Assembly: GCA_049511795.1 (NCBI GenBank)
Contig: JBEKXS010000001.1
Location: forward strand, 321,497 to 385,496
Reading direction: 5' to 3'
Length of the DNA: 64,000 bases
From: Candidatus Pacearchaeota archaeon
GTDB lineage: Archaea; Nanobdellota; Nanobdellia; Pacearchaeales; GW2011-AR1
In this document: one piece after another, positions 27,615 through 37,584 of the stretch
Layout of the letters: each line of letters starts with the position of its first letter
How positions within the stretch are numbered: position 1 is the first letter of the stretch
Notes under the pieces: generated by a model
Database searches by the model: none
The model's input: only the letters and a program-made list of their open reading frames with translations
What the model was told of the DNA's origin: nothing
Made by a program: the position numbers and the translations under genes

Positions 27615-28628
27615 ATGGCTCCAAAATTAGATGAGGCAAGTCAGATTAAAGAAGCTGTTTCTGAGGAAAGTAAAGAGGCTAAACTTACAGACCTTCCAGG
27701 AGTAGGGCCTGCTGTTGCTGCAAAGCTTGAATCTGCGGGCATTTATGACCTTATGTCAATAGCTGTAATGACTCCAACAGACCTTTCAGAAATCTCTGGC
27801 GTAAGTCCTGCTGTTGCTAGGAAGATTATACAGGCTGCAAGAAAAATGCTTGACCTTGGATTTGTTGAAGGCACAGAATATGCAAAAAAAAGGGAAAATA
27901 TAAGCCATATTAGCACAGGAAGCAAAAGTTTTGACGAATTGCTTGGAGGAAGAGGCGTTGAATCAAGGTCAATAACAGAAGCATTTGGAGCATTTGGCTC
28001 TGGAAAGACACAGGTTGGCTTGACTCTTAGCGTGAATGTGCAGCTGCCTATTGAAAGCGGTGGTGCAAATGGAAAATGTGTTTTCATAGACACAGAAGGA
28101 ACATTCAGGCCCGCAAGAATAAAACAAATTGCAGAAAAAAGAGGCTTGAATCCTGAGCAAGTACTGAAAAATATTTTTGTTGCTCGTGCATTTAATTCAG
28201 ACCACCAGATTCTTTTGTTGGACAAAATTTCTGAAATGATAAAAGCAGGAGAACCAATAAAGATGCTTATTATTGATTCCTTAACAGCACATTTTCGTGC
28301 TGAGTTTACAGGACGTGGACAGTTAGCAGATAGACAGCAGAAACTGAACAGATATATTCATAATTTAATGAAACTTGCAGAGACTTATAATCTTGCAGTT
28401 TATGTAACAAACCAGGTTATGGCAAACCCTGCACAAATGTTTGGAGACCCAACAACAGCTATTGGGGGGCATATTGTCGGGCATGCTTCAACTTACAGAA
28501 TTTATTTGAGGAGAGGAAAAAAAGATTCCCGAGTTGCAAAATTAATTGACTCACCAAATCTTCCTGATAATGAATGCATTTTCTTTGTAAGTGATGCAGG
28601 CGTTGTTGATGGAAAAACAGAAGAATAA
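27615..28628 (+). CDS. radA: DNA repair and recombination protein RadA
   Basis: N-terminal HhH (LPGVGPAVAAKL), Walker A GAFGSGKTQ, RecA-core blocks. Confidence 0.92.
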   Translation: MAPKLDEASQIKEAVSEESKEAKLTDLPGVGPAVAAKLESAGIYDLMSIAVMTPTDLSEISGVSPAVARKIIQAARKMLDLGFVEGTEYAKKRENISHISTGSKSFDELLGGRGVESRSITEAFGAFGSGKTQVGLTLSVNVQLPIESGGANGKCVFIDTEGTFRPARIKQIAEKRGLNPEQVLKNIFVARAFNSDHQILLLDKISEMIKAGEPIKMLIIDSLTAHFRAEFTGRGQLADRQQKLNRYIHNLMKLAETYNLAVYVTNQVMANPAQMFGDPTTAIGGHIVGHASTYRIYLRRGKKDSRVAKLIDSPNLPDNECIFFVSDAGVVDGKTEE

Positions 28629-28629
28629 A

Positions 28630-28701
28630 TGCCCCCACGAGGATTCGAACCCCGATTACAACCTCCGCAAGGTCGTGTTCTATCCGTTGAACTATAGGGG
28701 C
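28630..28701 (-). tRNA. tRNA-Arg (anticodon GCG)
   Basis: Manual cloverleaf fold: acceptor GCCCCTA/TGGGGGC, anticodon stem CGACC/GGTTG, loop TTGCGGA, T-loop TTCGAAT; no encoded CCA. Confidence 0.8.
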
Positions 28702-28743
28702 TAGTTATGTTAGAATAGAAATATTTATAATCTTTTTTAAATT

Positions 28744-29655
28744 ATGAATAAGATGAAAAGAGGGATAGTTATTGCCCTTGTTTTGTCATTTATCTTAATA
28801 TCTTCCGTCGCTTTTTCTTCTGCTTATATTTTTCCAGATGCATGGAAGCAAATAAATGGGCATGTAATTATTGCTCCTACAGCTCCAACTACTGCTCCTA
28901 CAGCTCCAACAACTACTAAAGGAACTACAGCTCCAACTACTGCTCCTACAGCTCCAACAACTACTAAAGGAACTACAGCTCCAACTACTGCTCCTACAGC
29001 TCCAACAAATTCAGGCAGAGAATCAAAAACTAAAACCATTCCGTTAGTAACTATAGTTATCCCTCCACCGGCAGTTGCACCACCTACACCTTCAACAACA
29101 AATGCAAATAAAGGTGGAAATTCCCCTACTCCAGCTCCTACAACTCCAGCTGTTCCTGTTTCAACAACACCCAACGCAGTTACAACAGTGGTACCACCAA
29201 CAAATGTAACTGAACCAACTAAAACTATTGTAACTACTTATAATAATCAAATTGATAATAAAACTAAAAATGTTACTTCTGTATCTCAAACAAGCATAAC
29301 TTCTACTTGTGAAAATGGATTTAATTTATGCGATAACAATAATGTAACTTTTTGTTCTAACACTGCTTGTCCTTCAGGGAGCGTTTCTAATAGTAGTACT
29401 GCAACTATAACAACTAATACTACTAGTTCTCCACAAGTAATTAAGAATGTAAATTCTACTATTACTATGGTTGCAACACAACTAAATCCTACTACAACAC
29501 TTGTAACAATTTATACTACTCCTACTATTCCTCAAGGAGCAACAAATACTGTAACTCCAACAACTATAGTAACCCAGCTGTATGTAGTTGATTTAGGGTG
29601 TGGGTCTGGGTTTACATTAAAAACCGTTAATAATATAGCAACTTGCTCTAGATAA
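28744..29655 (+). CDS. secreted Thr/Pro-rich (mucin-like) surface protein
   Basis: Signal peptide; TAPTTAPTAPTTTKGT repeats; T/N/S-rich low complexity with scattered Cys pairs. Confidence 0.5.
   Translation: MNKMKRGIVIALVLSFILISSVAFSSAYIFPDAWKQINGHVIIAPTAPTTAPTAPTTTKGTTAPTTAPTAPTTTKGTTAPTTAPTAPTNSGRESKTKTIPLVTIVIPPPAVAPPTPSTTNANKGGNSPTPAPTTPAVPVSTTPNAVTTVVPPTNVTEPTKTIVTTYNNQIDNKTKNVTSVSQTSITSTCENGFNLCDNNNVTFCSNTACPSGSVSNSSTATITTNTTSSPQVIKNVNSTITMVATQLNPTTTLVTIYTTPTIPQGATNTVTPTTIVTQLYVVDLGCGSGFTLKTVNNIATCSR
28872..29010. repeat. 48-nt tandem repeat (about 2.7 copies) encoding TAPTTAPTAPTTTKGT
   Basis: Near-perfect nucleotide tandem copies visible in the sequence. Confidence 0.8.
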
Positions 29656-29733
29656 ATTTTTATAATTTATTTTTATCCCCTTTTTTATTTTAAATAACTA
29701 AATCCTTAAAAATAAGATTCTGTTCATCACAAA

Positions 29734-30957
29734 ATGGAAATAATCGCTGATTTGCAGATACATTCAAAATATGCAAGAGCAACAAGCAAAAACATTTCTA
29801 TTGAAAATCTTGAGAAATATGCAAGGATGAAAGGTCTTGACCTTTTGGGTGTTGGAGATTTTCAGCATCCTTTAAGAAGAAAAGAAATTGATGAAAAGCT
29901 TACAGAAGATGACAAGGGAATTTTAAGAACTGTCAATGGTTTTCCTTTTTTATGGCAGACAGAAGTAAGCCTTATGTACAAGCAGAATGATAAAAGAAGA
30001 GCTGTTCATTTGCTGATTTTTGCGCCAAACAGAAAAACAGCTGATGAAATAACAAAATTTCTTGGAAGCAAAGGCCGCCTGGATTATGATGGAAGGCCGA
30101 TTTTTGGAATGACTGCGCGTGATCTTGTTTTTGAAATGAAAAAAATAAATGATAAAATTGAAATAATTCCTGCGCATTGTATGACTCCTTGGTTCGGACT
30201 TTTTGGTTCGAAATCAGGATTTGATAGCTTGAAAGATTGCTTTTTGGATCAAACAGAAAAAGTTTATGCTATTGAATCAGGAATGAGTGCTGACCCTGCA
30301 ATGCTTTGGAGATTTTCAGAAGTTTCAAATGGAATTAATGTTGTAAGTTTTTCAGATGCACATAGTTTTTGGCCTTGGAGGCTCGGAAGAGAGGCAACTA
30401 TATTTGACATTCCTGAATTGTCTTATGATAATGTAATAAAGGCAATAAGAACAGGAGAAGGGCTAAAGGCAACTATTGAAACTCCGCCTGAATATGGAAA
30501 ATATCATTGGGATGGACACAGGCTTTGCAATTTTTCTTGCGGACCAGAAGAAACAAAAAAACTAAATGGAATTTGTCCTGTATGCAAGAAGCCATTGATT
30601 ATTGGAGTTGACAATAGAGTTGAAGAAATCGCTAAATTTCCAGCTGGACACAAGGCAAAAAGCTCAAAACCATTTTACAAACTGCTTCCTTTGCATGAAG
30701 TTATTGTTCTTGCAGAAGGCACAAGACTTGAAAGCCCTAAAACTTGGGAAATTTACAACGAACTTATAAAAAATTTCGGAAACGAACTTAATATTTTGCT
30801 TAAAGTTTCCAAAGAAAGTCTTCTGGGAAAAAATGTTAATGAAAAACTGGCTGAGTTAATTTTACTCAACAGGGATGCAAAAATAAAAGTTGCTCCGGGT
30901 TATGACGGAGAATATGGAAAAGCTTTATTGGGAGAAAAACAGGGAACTTTACTCTAA
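29734..30957 (+). CDS. PHP-domain metal-dependent phosphoesterase-like protein with zinc ribbon
   Basis: N-terminal IADLQIHSKYA PHP signature; CGPEE..CPVCKK zinc ribbon. Confidence 0.55.
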   Translation: MEIIADLQIHSKYARATSKNISIENLEKYARMKGLDLLGVGDFQHPLRRKEIDEKLTEDDKGILRTVNGFPFLWQTEVSLMYKQNDKRRAVHLLIFAPNRKTADEITKFLGSKGRLDYDGRPIFGMTARDLVFEMKKINDKIEIIPAHCMTPWFGLFGSKSGFDSLKDCFLDQTEKVYAIESGMSADPAMLWRFSEVSNGINVVSFSDAHSFWPWRLGREATIFDIPELSYDNVIKAIRTGEGLKATIETPPEYGKYHWDGHRLCNFSCGPEETKKLNGICPVCKKPLIIGVDNRVEEIAKFPAGHKAKSSKPFYKLLPLHEVIVLAEGTRLESPKTWEIYNELIKNFGNELNILLKVSKESLLGKNVNEKLAELILLNRDAKIKVAPGYDGEYGKALLGEKQGTLL

Positions 30958-31071
30958 CTTGGTTTTTGTCTTAACAAATTTGTAATGGGCATCCATTGTT
31001 TTGTTCTTGCATTTATCACATACATCTTTTAATGTGTAAGAATTACAATTTTTGCACTTTTTTAGTTTCAT
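30949..31071 (-). CDS. nop10: H/ACA ribonucleoprotein component Nop10 (short form from internal Met)
   Basis: MKLKKCKNCNSYTLKDVCDKCKNKT matches the Nop10 zinc-ribbon consensus; its ATG overlaps the NUDIX stop (ATGA). Confidence 0.7.
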   Translation of the reverse strand: MKLKKCKNCNSYTLKDVCDKCKNKTMDAHYKFVKTKTKLE

Positions 31072-31505
31072 CCTATATGAAGAAGATATTCCTTTAATCT
31101 TGGATGGAATGATGTTGCAAATAAATCTTCTAATTCTGTAGCTTTTGCCCACTTAAGTTCCTTAATCTTTTCACCTGCTTTTGGCTTGTTTCCGTTTTTT
31201 GCTTCACACAGGAAATAAATTGCAAGAATGTCTCTCCTTTCCTCATATGTTTTTGAAAATACAGCTCCAAGGTTTTTAACGTCCAAGCCTGTTTGTGCTT
31301 TAATTCTGTCCTTTAATGCCTTGTTTATTTCTCCATCTGCAGTTAGCCTCCCTCCAGGAAAAACCCATTTTAGGTTAGGCATGTAAGGGTCATTTTCCCT
31401 TTTTCCAACAAGGATTTTCCTTTCTTTAGGGTCAAAAATTATCCCAAGAACAATAACCTGAAAGTTGTTTATCTTTTCTTCTTTTTTCATAAAAACATAT
31501 CTCAA
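31068..31505 (-). CDS. NUDIX hydrolase
   Basis: Nudix box GGRLTADGEINKALKDRIKAQTGL. Confidence 0.65.
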   Translation of the reverse strand: MRYVFMKKEEKINNFQVIVLGIIFDPKERKILVGKRENDPYMPNLKWVFPGGRLTADGEINKALKDRIKAQTGLDVKNLGAVFSKTYEERRDILAIYFLCEAKNGNKPKAGEKIKELKWAKATELEDLFATSFHPRLKEYLLHIG

Positions 31506-31578
31506 AAATCCTTTTTAAGTTTTATGTATCATTAATCAATTGCAGGGAAAACATACAACCTGATTATAATACAATTAT

Positions 31579-32286
31579 TTACTTCTTTACAATACTAAAA
31601 ATTGTATCTTTTGACTTACTCTTTTTTTCAATTGCATCAAGAATCTCGCGCAGTTTCTGGTCAGCTTCCTTTATGTCGCTATCCTCTCTTTTCAAGGAAT
31701 ACTTTCCTGCAGAAATATACTTTACTTCTGTGCCTTCAATTTTCCCCAAAATTTCCTTTATGACTTCAACACCATTTGGAGCAGTGCTTCTTAGAATTAT
31801 TTCTTTTTTCACAATGCCTTTTTTCTGCTTTTGCTGGGAGTTTATTATTTCAAGAATCTTTTTTGAATTTTCCAGGCCAACAATCTTTTCAAGCTCTTTT
31901 GGATTTGATTTTGCCTCCTGAAGAAAATCAAAGACCTTTTCTTTTTTTTCTATTTCATCAAGAACATTATTAGCATTTTCTCCAAGAACACCCTTTATTA
32001 TACTTTCATAACTTTTCTCCATCTTGTCTTTTTCCCTGACTTCTTTCTGTTCTTTTTGGGTTACACGCCTTAATGAAAGGTCAATTCTGTCGCCAGAAAC
32101 ACGAAGAACCTTGCAGACAATCTTTTTTTTAGGAACAACATAATCTCTTATGTTCCTTATTCTTCCTGGTGCAATCTCAGAAAAGACTATAGAGCCTTCA
32201 CCGTTGCCTTCTATTGTAACAAAAACAGTAGTTCCAACTATGCTTTCTACTGTGCAAAGTACAATATCTCCTGTTTCAAGTACCAT
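31579..32286 (-). CDS. translation initiation factor 2 alpha subunit (aIF2alpha)
   Basis: S1 domain with highly conserved IAPGRIRNIRDYV..KVLRV..IDLSLRRV block. Confidence 0.9.
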   Translation of the reverse strand: MVLETGDIVLCTVESIVGTTVFVTIEGNGEGSIVFSEIAPGRIRNIRDYVVPKKKIVCKVLRVSGDRIDLSLRRVTQKEQKEVREKDKMEKSYESIIKGVLGENANNVLDEIEKKEKVFDFLQEAKSNPKELEKIVGLENSKKILEIINSQQKQKKGIVKKEIILRSTAPNGVEVIKEILGKIEGTEVKYISAGKYSLKREDSDIKEADQKLREILDAIEKKSKSKDTIFSIVKK

Positions 32287-32310
32287 TTTAATAGAAAAAG
32301 TGACTGGTTT

Positions 32311-33684
32311 TTAAATCTTAACCAACTCTATCTCGCAGCTTTCCTTCAGGGCATTTATGAACTCAGATTCTTTGTCTTTCTGCACAACACAGCCTGCTGC
32401 AAATTCATGGCCTCCAACTTCTCCACCTATTTTTTTCACGATTGTGTCAAGAATTTCGCGTACATTTCTTCCTTTTCTTCCAACACCACGTGCAGAGACT
32501 TTTATTTTGTCTTCATAATAAGCCATTGTTACAATAATTGTTCCCTCATCGTACAATGAGGAGTTAGAAAGTATGCTTGCTATTGTTCCTATAATTGTAT
32601 CTTTGACGCTGTCTCTTGCATTTATTATTAAAAAGCCCTTTCCCTGTATTTTTTCAATCTTTTCTGAAGAATTTTTAACAGAATCCAGACCAGCAATAAG
32701 ATGCTGCTTGTATTTTGCATGTATTGATTCTGCTTTTTTTCTTGCTCCTGGAACTTCCATGCAGAATTGGAGGGCAACTTCTGGCTCATCAAGGCGTGAG
32801 CATGCATTTATCATTGCGCTGAGTTCACGCGCATCTTCAAGCTTATTGAAAAATTTCAGCAGAAAAATATCGCCAACAAGTTCTTTATTTTTTGTGTTTG
32901 GATTTCTCAGCATTATTGATGTGACAAGTTTTTTCATTTCTTCATCATTTAAATCAATAAGACTTTTGTATTTTCCATTGACTGGTTCTATTCCTGAATG
33001 TCTGAGCAATTCTGTTATTCCTGTAGGATTTCCAGTAATTCCTGGTATGTATGGATCTGAATTATATTCAAGGACTTTGTTTACAGGGCGGGTGTAAGGA
33101 TAAATCAGCAATCCGCGCCTTCTTTTTATTTCTCCATCTTCAAGAATTCCATTGTTTAGCTTGTCAATGTTAGCTTCCATCAAATCACCAATCATTCCGA
33201 GAACAGCAAGCTTTGCGAACTCTTTATTTTCATTGTTCATTTTCTTGCAAAAAAGATAAACAAGCCCTGAGGAACTTATATTTTCCTTTCCATAAATCAT
33301 TGGATTTACCATTGTGACATTTTCCGGAATTTCCTGCACAAGTTCATGATGGTCTATAATGAAAACTTCCTTTATTTCTGCCTCTTTTATGTAATTAAGC
33401 ATTCCTGATCCCAAATCAAGAAAAATAACTGGCTTGTTTTTTTCCAAGCTGAAGATAAATTCTTTTTCAAGCCTTTTTAGAATCCTTACAGAAAATTTTC
33501 TGTCCATTCTTTTCATTGCCTGAACCATTATTGCTGCAGAAGAAATCCCATCTGTATCAAAATGGCTGACAACAAGAACTTCTCTATTTTTTGGAATTGC
33601 AATAAGTTTTTCAACAGCATTATTCATGCTTTCATCAAATTCAATATTACCTCTTTTTTCCATTTTAAAAACAAAACTTAACAC
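32311..33684 (-). CDS. DHH-family phosphoesterase (archaeal RecJ/Cdc45/GAN-like)
   Basis: DHH motif VSHFDTDGISS and DHHA1-like C-terminus. Confidence 0.7.
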   Translation of the reverse strand: MLSFVFKMEKRGNIEFDESMNNAVEKLIAIPKNREVLVVSHFDTDGISSAAIMVQAMKRMDRKFSVRILKRLEKEFIFSLEKNKPVIFLDLGSGMLNYIKEAEIKEVFIIDHHELVQEIPENVTMVNPMIYGKENISSSGLVYLFCKKMNNENKEFAKLAVLGMIGDLMEANIDKLNNGILEDGEIKRRRGLLIYPYTRPVNKVLEYNSDPYIPGITGNPTGITELLRHSGIEPVNGKYKSLIDLNDEEMKKLVTSIMLRNPNTKNKELVGDIFLLKFFNKLEDARELSAMINACSRLDEPEVALQFCMEVPGARKKAESIHAKYKQHLIAGLDSVKNSSEKIEKIQGKGFLIINARDSVKDTIIGTIASILSNSSLYDEGTIIVTMAYYEDKIKVSARGVGRKGRNVREILDTIVKKIGGEVGGHEFAAGCVVQKDKESEFINALKESCEIELVKI

Positions 33685-33687
33685 TAT

Positions 33688-34080
33688 TTAAGCAAAATTG
33701 TGGTATTGTTCCTGTTTTCTTAAAAGAGAGAAAATTCTTTCCCTTTCTCTCATTGCTCTTTTGTCCTGAGCATTTTTTTCCTTGTGTTTTGTAACCCTTT
33801 CCAGCTTTTCCCTTATGTTCTTGATATCCGGGTTCTGGTAAAGTTTCTTTTCCTTGAGAATTTTTGATATTTTTCCATGCTCTTTAGGATGAATTCCTTC
33901 ATGCCTTAGAGCTTCACCTATTTTTTCTGAAGTCAAACCGGTTTTTGCAAGCTCAACTATCTTTGCCTCGTATTCTTTTTCTGTAATTTTCTTTTTTTCT
34001 TCTTTTTTTACTTCAGGAACTTCCTTTTTGCTTGCTTCCTGTTCTTTTTTTTCTGCTTTCTCTGATTTTTCTTTTGGCAT
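33688..34080 (-). CDS. ribosomal protein uS15 (S15P/S13e) with K/E-rich N-terminus
   Basis: IVELAKTGLTSEKIG..LR..G matches the S13e/S15 core. Confidence 0.65.
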   Translation of the reverse strand: MPKEKSEKAEKKEQEASKKEVPEVKKEEKKKITEKEYEAKIVELAKTGLTSEKIGEALRHEGIHPKEHGKISKILKEKKLYQNPDIKNIREKLERVTKHKEKNAQDKRAMRERERIFSLLRKQEQYHNFA

Positions 34081-34184
34081 CTGATTAGATGAAGAAGTTC
34101 GTTTTTAAAGTTTTTTATGTATTTTAAAGTAAAAATTTCCCACGAAGGTAAAAGATATTTAAATACGAAAAACTTTCACTCATT

Positions 34185-34982
34185 ATGGGTAAAACCATAG
34201 GAATTGTAAGTCTTAAAGGGGGTGTTGGCAAGACAAGCATTGTTGCTGCACTTGGAGGAGCTTTCTCAAACCTGGGAAAAAAAGTCCTTCTTGTTGACGG
34301 AAACCTTTCCTCACCAAGCCTTGGACTGCATCTTAACCTTGTAGAACCAAAGGCAACGCTTCATGATGTTCTTAATAGGACTGCAGGAATAAAAGATGCC
34401 ATATACAAGCTGGATAATTTTGATATAATGCCAGCATCTGTTTTTACCAATTTGAAAGTCAATCCGTTTCTTCTGAAAAGCCAGTTAAAAGAAGTAAAAA
34501 AGAAATATGATGTGATTTTGCTTGACTCTTCTCCTTCTCTTGATGCAGAAACGCTTGGAGTAATGCTTGCTTCTGATGAAATCTTTGTTGTCACAACTCC
34601 AGACCATCCAACAATGAGCGCAAGCATCAAGGCTGCGAAGATTGCAAAGCAGAGAGGAAATCCAATAACTGGAATAATTCTCAATAAAGTCCATAAGAAA
34701 GATTTTGAATTGCCTTTGTCAACTGTTGAAGATACTTTGGAAATGCCTGTTCTTGCTGTTGTTCCTTATGACACAAATGTTCTCCGCGCCTTGGCAAACA
34801 TGCAGCCATATACTGTTTACAAGCCAAGAAGCGAAGGCAGCGAGGAATTAATGAAGCTTGCTGCAACCCTTTCTGGAGAGAAATATTCTGGAAAACCTTC
34901 TTTTATGAATTTCTTCAGAGGATTTATTCCGACAAAACAAGATGTAAACAGAGAAATATTCTATGAAGGTTTTTTTAAATAA
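34185..34982 (+). CDS. ParA/MinD-family P-loop ATPase
   Basis: Deviant Walker A LKGGVGKTS. Confidence 0.8.
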   Translation: MGKTIGIVSLKGGVGKTSIVAALGGAFSNLGKKVLLVDGNLSSPSLGLHLNLVEPKATLHDVLNRTAGIKDAIYKLDNFDIMPASVFTNLKVNPFLLKSQLKEVKKKYDVILLDSSPSLDAETLGVMLASDEIFVVTTPDHPTMSASIKAAKIAKQRGNPITGIILNKVHKKDFELPLSTVEDTLEMPVLAVVPYDTNVLRALANMQPYTVYKPRSEGSEELMKLAATLSGEKYSGKPSFMNFFRGFIPTKQDVNREIFYEGFFK

Positions 34983-34985
34983 AAA

Positions 34986-35058
34986 TAGCCCTGCCAGGAT
35001 TCGAACCTGGGTCTAAGGCGCCAAAGGCCTTCATACTTGACCGCTATACTACAGGGCT
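34986..35058 (-). tRNA. tRNA-Gln (anticodon TTG)
   Basis: Manual fold: acceptor AGCCCTG/CAGGGCT (A1-U72 as in archaeal tRNA-Gln), anticodon stem AAGGC/GCCTT, loop CTTTGGC, T-loop TTCGAAT. Confidence 0.75.
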
Positions 35059-35165
35059 ATAGCCAGAAAACAAAGTATTAATTTATAAGGGTTTTGATTA
35101 ATCTGAATTGCTAACTCTACGGGACTTTTAGTAAGTCTTAAAAATATCCAAGCCGTTCAGATTTT

Positions 35166-35714
35166 ATGAAGATTGGAGAAACAGAACTTAATATAAACGG
35201 CAAGACAATTAAAGCTTTAGTAACAAAATCTGAAAAGGGAGATAGAGAGCTTTTGAAAAGCCTTTATTCTGATTGGAAGAAACTTAATGATAGATTGAAG
35301 GCTATTTCAACAAGAGGGATAAATATTCCTGAAGCAATAACTGAAAATGCCTTTGCGTTGTTCTTTCCAGACTGTATAAGAGTTGTCAGTCTTAAAGGAA
35401 TGAAATGCTCTTTTGATTGCATAAACACTAAGACAGGCTCAAGAATACAGATTAAGGCTTCAAGCATAGCTTCTGACCTGACTTCTTTCGGGCCGCGCTC
35501 TGAATGGGACGAGCTGTTCTTTCTGGATTTCTCTGCAGGAAACGGCAGTTTCAAAGTATACAAAATAGAGCCAGACTGGGTTTACAAGCATAATGTAAAC
35601 AGAAATCAAACCTTTGAACAACAACAAGCACAGGGAAAAAGACCAAGGTTTTCTATAACAGAGAACATCATTAAGACAAGGAAACTAACACCAGTGAAAA
35701 TCTGCAAATTATAG
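35166..35714 (+). CDS. hypothetical protein, possible nuclease (weak PD-x(n)-QxK pattern)
   Basis: FFPDC...SRIQIKASS; island context next to the MTase/IS genes. Confidence 0.2.
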   Translation: MKIGETELNINGKTIKALVTKSEKGDRELLKSLYSDWKKLNDRLKAISTRGINIPEAITENAFALFFPDCIRVVSLKGMKCSFDCINTKTGSRIQIKASSIASDLTSFGPRSEWDELFFLDFSAGNGSFKVYKIEPDWVYKHNVNRNQTFEQQQAQGKRPRFSITENIIKTRKLTPVKICKL

Positions 35715-35784
35715 AAAATTATATATACTAATTCAACTTTGATTTTTCAGAGGCAAAGGGTTTATAAATATCAAAAGAGGAAAA

Positions 35785-36003
35785 ATGAATATGACAAGTA
35801 AGTATACAAAAATAGAATACATGAAAAGAAAAGAAATAAATTTGGATGCTGGAAATGCTTCTCCAAAAGCGAGAGCTATAATTGAAGCTACTGGAGCAGA
35901 GGATAATTTAATTCTTAGAATTAGTATAAACTCTCCAGTTTTCATAGAAGATGCAGCACCCTTAACAGCAGAAGGTATTACTTCTATCTGTCAAGAAAAT
36001 TAA
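35785..36003 (+). CDS. hypothetical protein
   Basis: ORF only. Confidence 0.25.
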   Translation: MNMTSKYTKIEYMKRKEINLDAGNASPKARAIIEATGAEDNLILRISINSPVFIEDAAPLTAEGITSICQEN

Positions 36004-36005
36004 AA

Positions 36006-36437
36006 ATGAGCTATGATTTCATAATCATAGACACCATAATTTGTGATTCTTATAACGAGGCTATGTATGATTTAAGTAATCCTTTTAGAGCTTCATTATT
36101 AAAATTACAAGAAATATCTGGGAATAAAGTTGCCGATAAAAAGAGACCTTTATTGTTCATAACTCTTGACACAAAAGGATTAGTAGAAAAAAAGTGTGTC
36201 AATGTTAATAATGAACTTCCGATAACTTATAGTTGTTTATTAGGGGCTTGTGGAAACATTGATATTTTTGGTAAGGATGAAGCAGATTCTATATTAAAAA
36301 GTTCAAGCTTCTTAAAATGGATGGAAAGGAAATTTTGTATTCTCACTGGAAATTCTTTATTAAAAACAATGTTATCTGAGAATGGATTTGAAGTTTACGA
36401 TTTATCCCAAGTAGACACTTTAATAGGAAAATTATGA
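36006..36437 (+). CDS. hypothetical protein
   Basis: ORF only. Confidence 0.3.
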   Translation: MSYDFIIIDTIICDSYNEAMYDLSNPFRASLLKLQEISGNKVADKKRPLLFITLDTKGLVEKKCVNVNNELPITYSCLLGACGNIDIFGKDEADSILKSSSFLKWMERKFCILTGNSLLKTMLSENGFEVYDLSQVDTLIGKL

Positions 36438-36581
36438 TTTCTTTTTCTTAGGCTCTTTATCCCAACGGGAACTTTTACATTTAGGGCATATAAGAGGCTT
36501 CTCTTTCTCTGAACGAGGCTGCCATTTATATCCACAGTTATTGCACTTGTATCCTTTGACTTTAATCTCAATTTCTGGCAT
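36432..36581 (-). CDS. 49-aa zinc-ribbon mini-protein (not in ORF track)
   Basis: Translates MPEIEIKVKGYKCNNCGYKWQPRSEKEKPLICPKCKSSRWDKEPKKKKS; two CxxC pairs. Confidence 0.35.
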   Translation of the reverse strand: MPEIEIKVKGYKCNNCGYKWQPRSEKEKPLICPKCKSSRWDKEPKKKKS

Positions 36582-36666
36582 ATCCTTTCTAAGAAATCAC
36601 ACCTTATAAATCTTACTAATCATAGTAATACTTTACAATAGAAATGTTTATAAAGGTGGTATTACT

Positions 36667-37581
36667 ATGTATAGTATGACTAATCATAGTAATAAGAAGA
36701 TGGAACAAAAAATAAAATGTCCGTATTGTAAGAATGAAAACATAGTTAGACGAGGACAGAGAAAGACGCAGAATAGAGGCATAATTCAAAGATACGGCTG
36801 TCAAGATTGCGGTAGGCGTTTTGTAGTTGATGATGGTTTTTGGAAAATGAAAAACGCTCCGCAGAAAGTAACCTTATGCCTTGACTTGTTTTATAGAGGA
36901 ATTTCAACAAGAAAAGTGCAGGAGCACCTTCAGGCTTTCTATCCGCATAATAGCTCTAATGTTTCTATCTATAAATGGATTGTAAAATATTCAAAGATGA
37001 TTTCAAGATTTACAGATAATCTTAAATTGAAAGTTGGAAAAGAGCTTCAGGTTGATGAAATGGAATTTAAGACTTCAGGAAGAAGGGCTTGGTTTATTGA
37101 CAGCATAGATACTGAAACAAGATTTATGGTTTCTTCTGAATTTTCAAAAAGAAGAGGCAGAAAAGAAATAATAAAAGTAATTGCAAGAGCAAAGAATAAT
37201 ACAGAAAATCAAATTAAGATATGCACAACTGACGGCTATACTGCATACGATAATGTTGTAAAAAAGATTTTTGGATATTGCCTTAAAACACATACTTGGA
37301 ATGTTGTTCATAACAAAGTAACACAGCTTAGAGGACAGGGCTTTAATCACAAAGTTGAAAGAATGCACAGCAATATAAGAGCAAGAACAAAAACTTTCAG
37401 AAGTTTTCACGGCTCTGTTAATTCTGCAAATGCAGTTATGAAAGGGCTTTCAGTTTATTACAACTTCATAAGAGAACATCAAGCCATAGGAAAATGTCCT
37501 TATGAATTAGCTGTTCCAGAATTGAAACTTGGAATTAACAAATGGCACGATTTAATTAAACTTTCAAAGCAAAATAATTAA
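36667..37581 (+). mobile_element. IS6-family DDE transposase with N-terminal zinc ribbon
   Basis: IS6 blocks: HTH SIYKWIVKY, DEMEFKTSGRRAWFIDSID (cf. DETYVKVNGRWAYLYRAVD), TTDGYTAY, and C-terminal HN..ER..S..R...R..F block. Confidence 0.8.
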
Positions 37582-37584
37582 AAG

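Noticed and set aside
28866-29010. Tandem repeats checked as a possible CRISPR array
   Set aside because: The repeats are directly abutting with no spacers, in frame within a coding sequence and translated into a peptide repeat. No CRISPR-like repeat-spacer structure exists anywhere in the window.
28824-29174. 116-aa Gly/Ala/Val-rich ORF antisense to the Thr/Pro-repeat gene
   Set aside because: It is the mirror image of the tandem repeat on the other strand. The sense strand has a signal peptide and coherent protein features.
31068-31071. Nop10 ATG overlapping the NUDIX stop (ATGA) as a possible frameshift or fusion
   Set aside because: Four-nucleotide start/stop overlaps are pervasive in this window (for example 10812/10816, 40264/40267, 44374/44377, 44922/44925). 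They indicate translational coupling, not a fusion.
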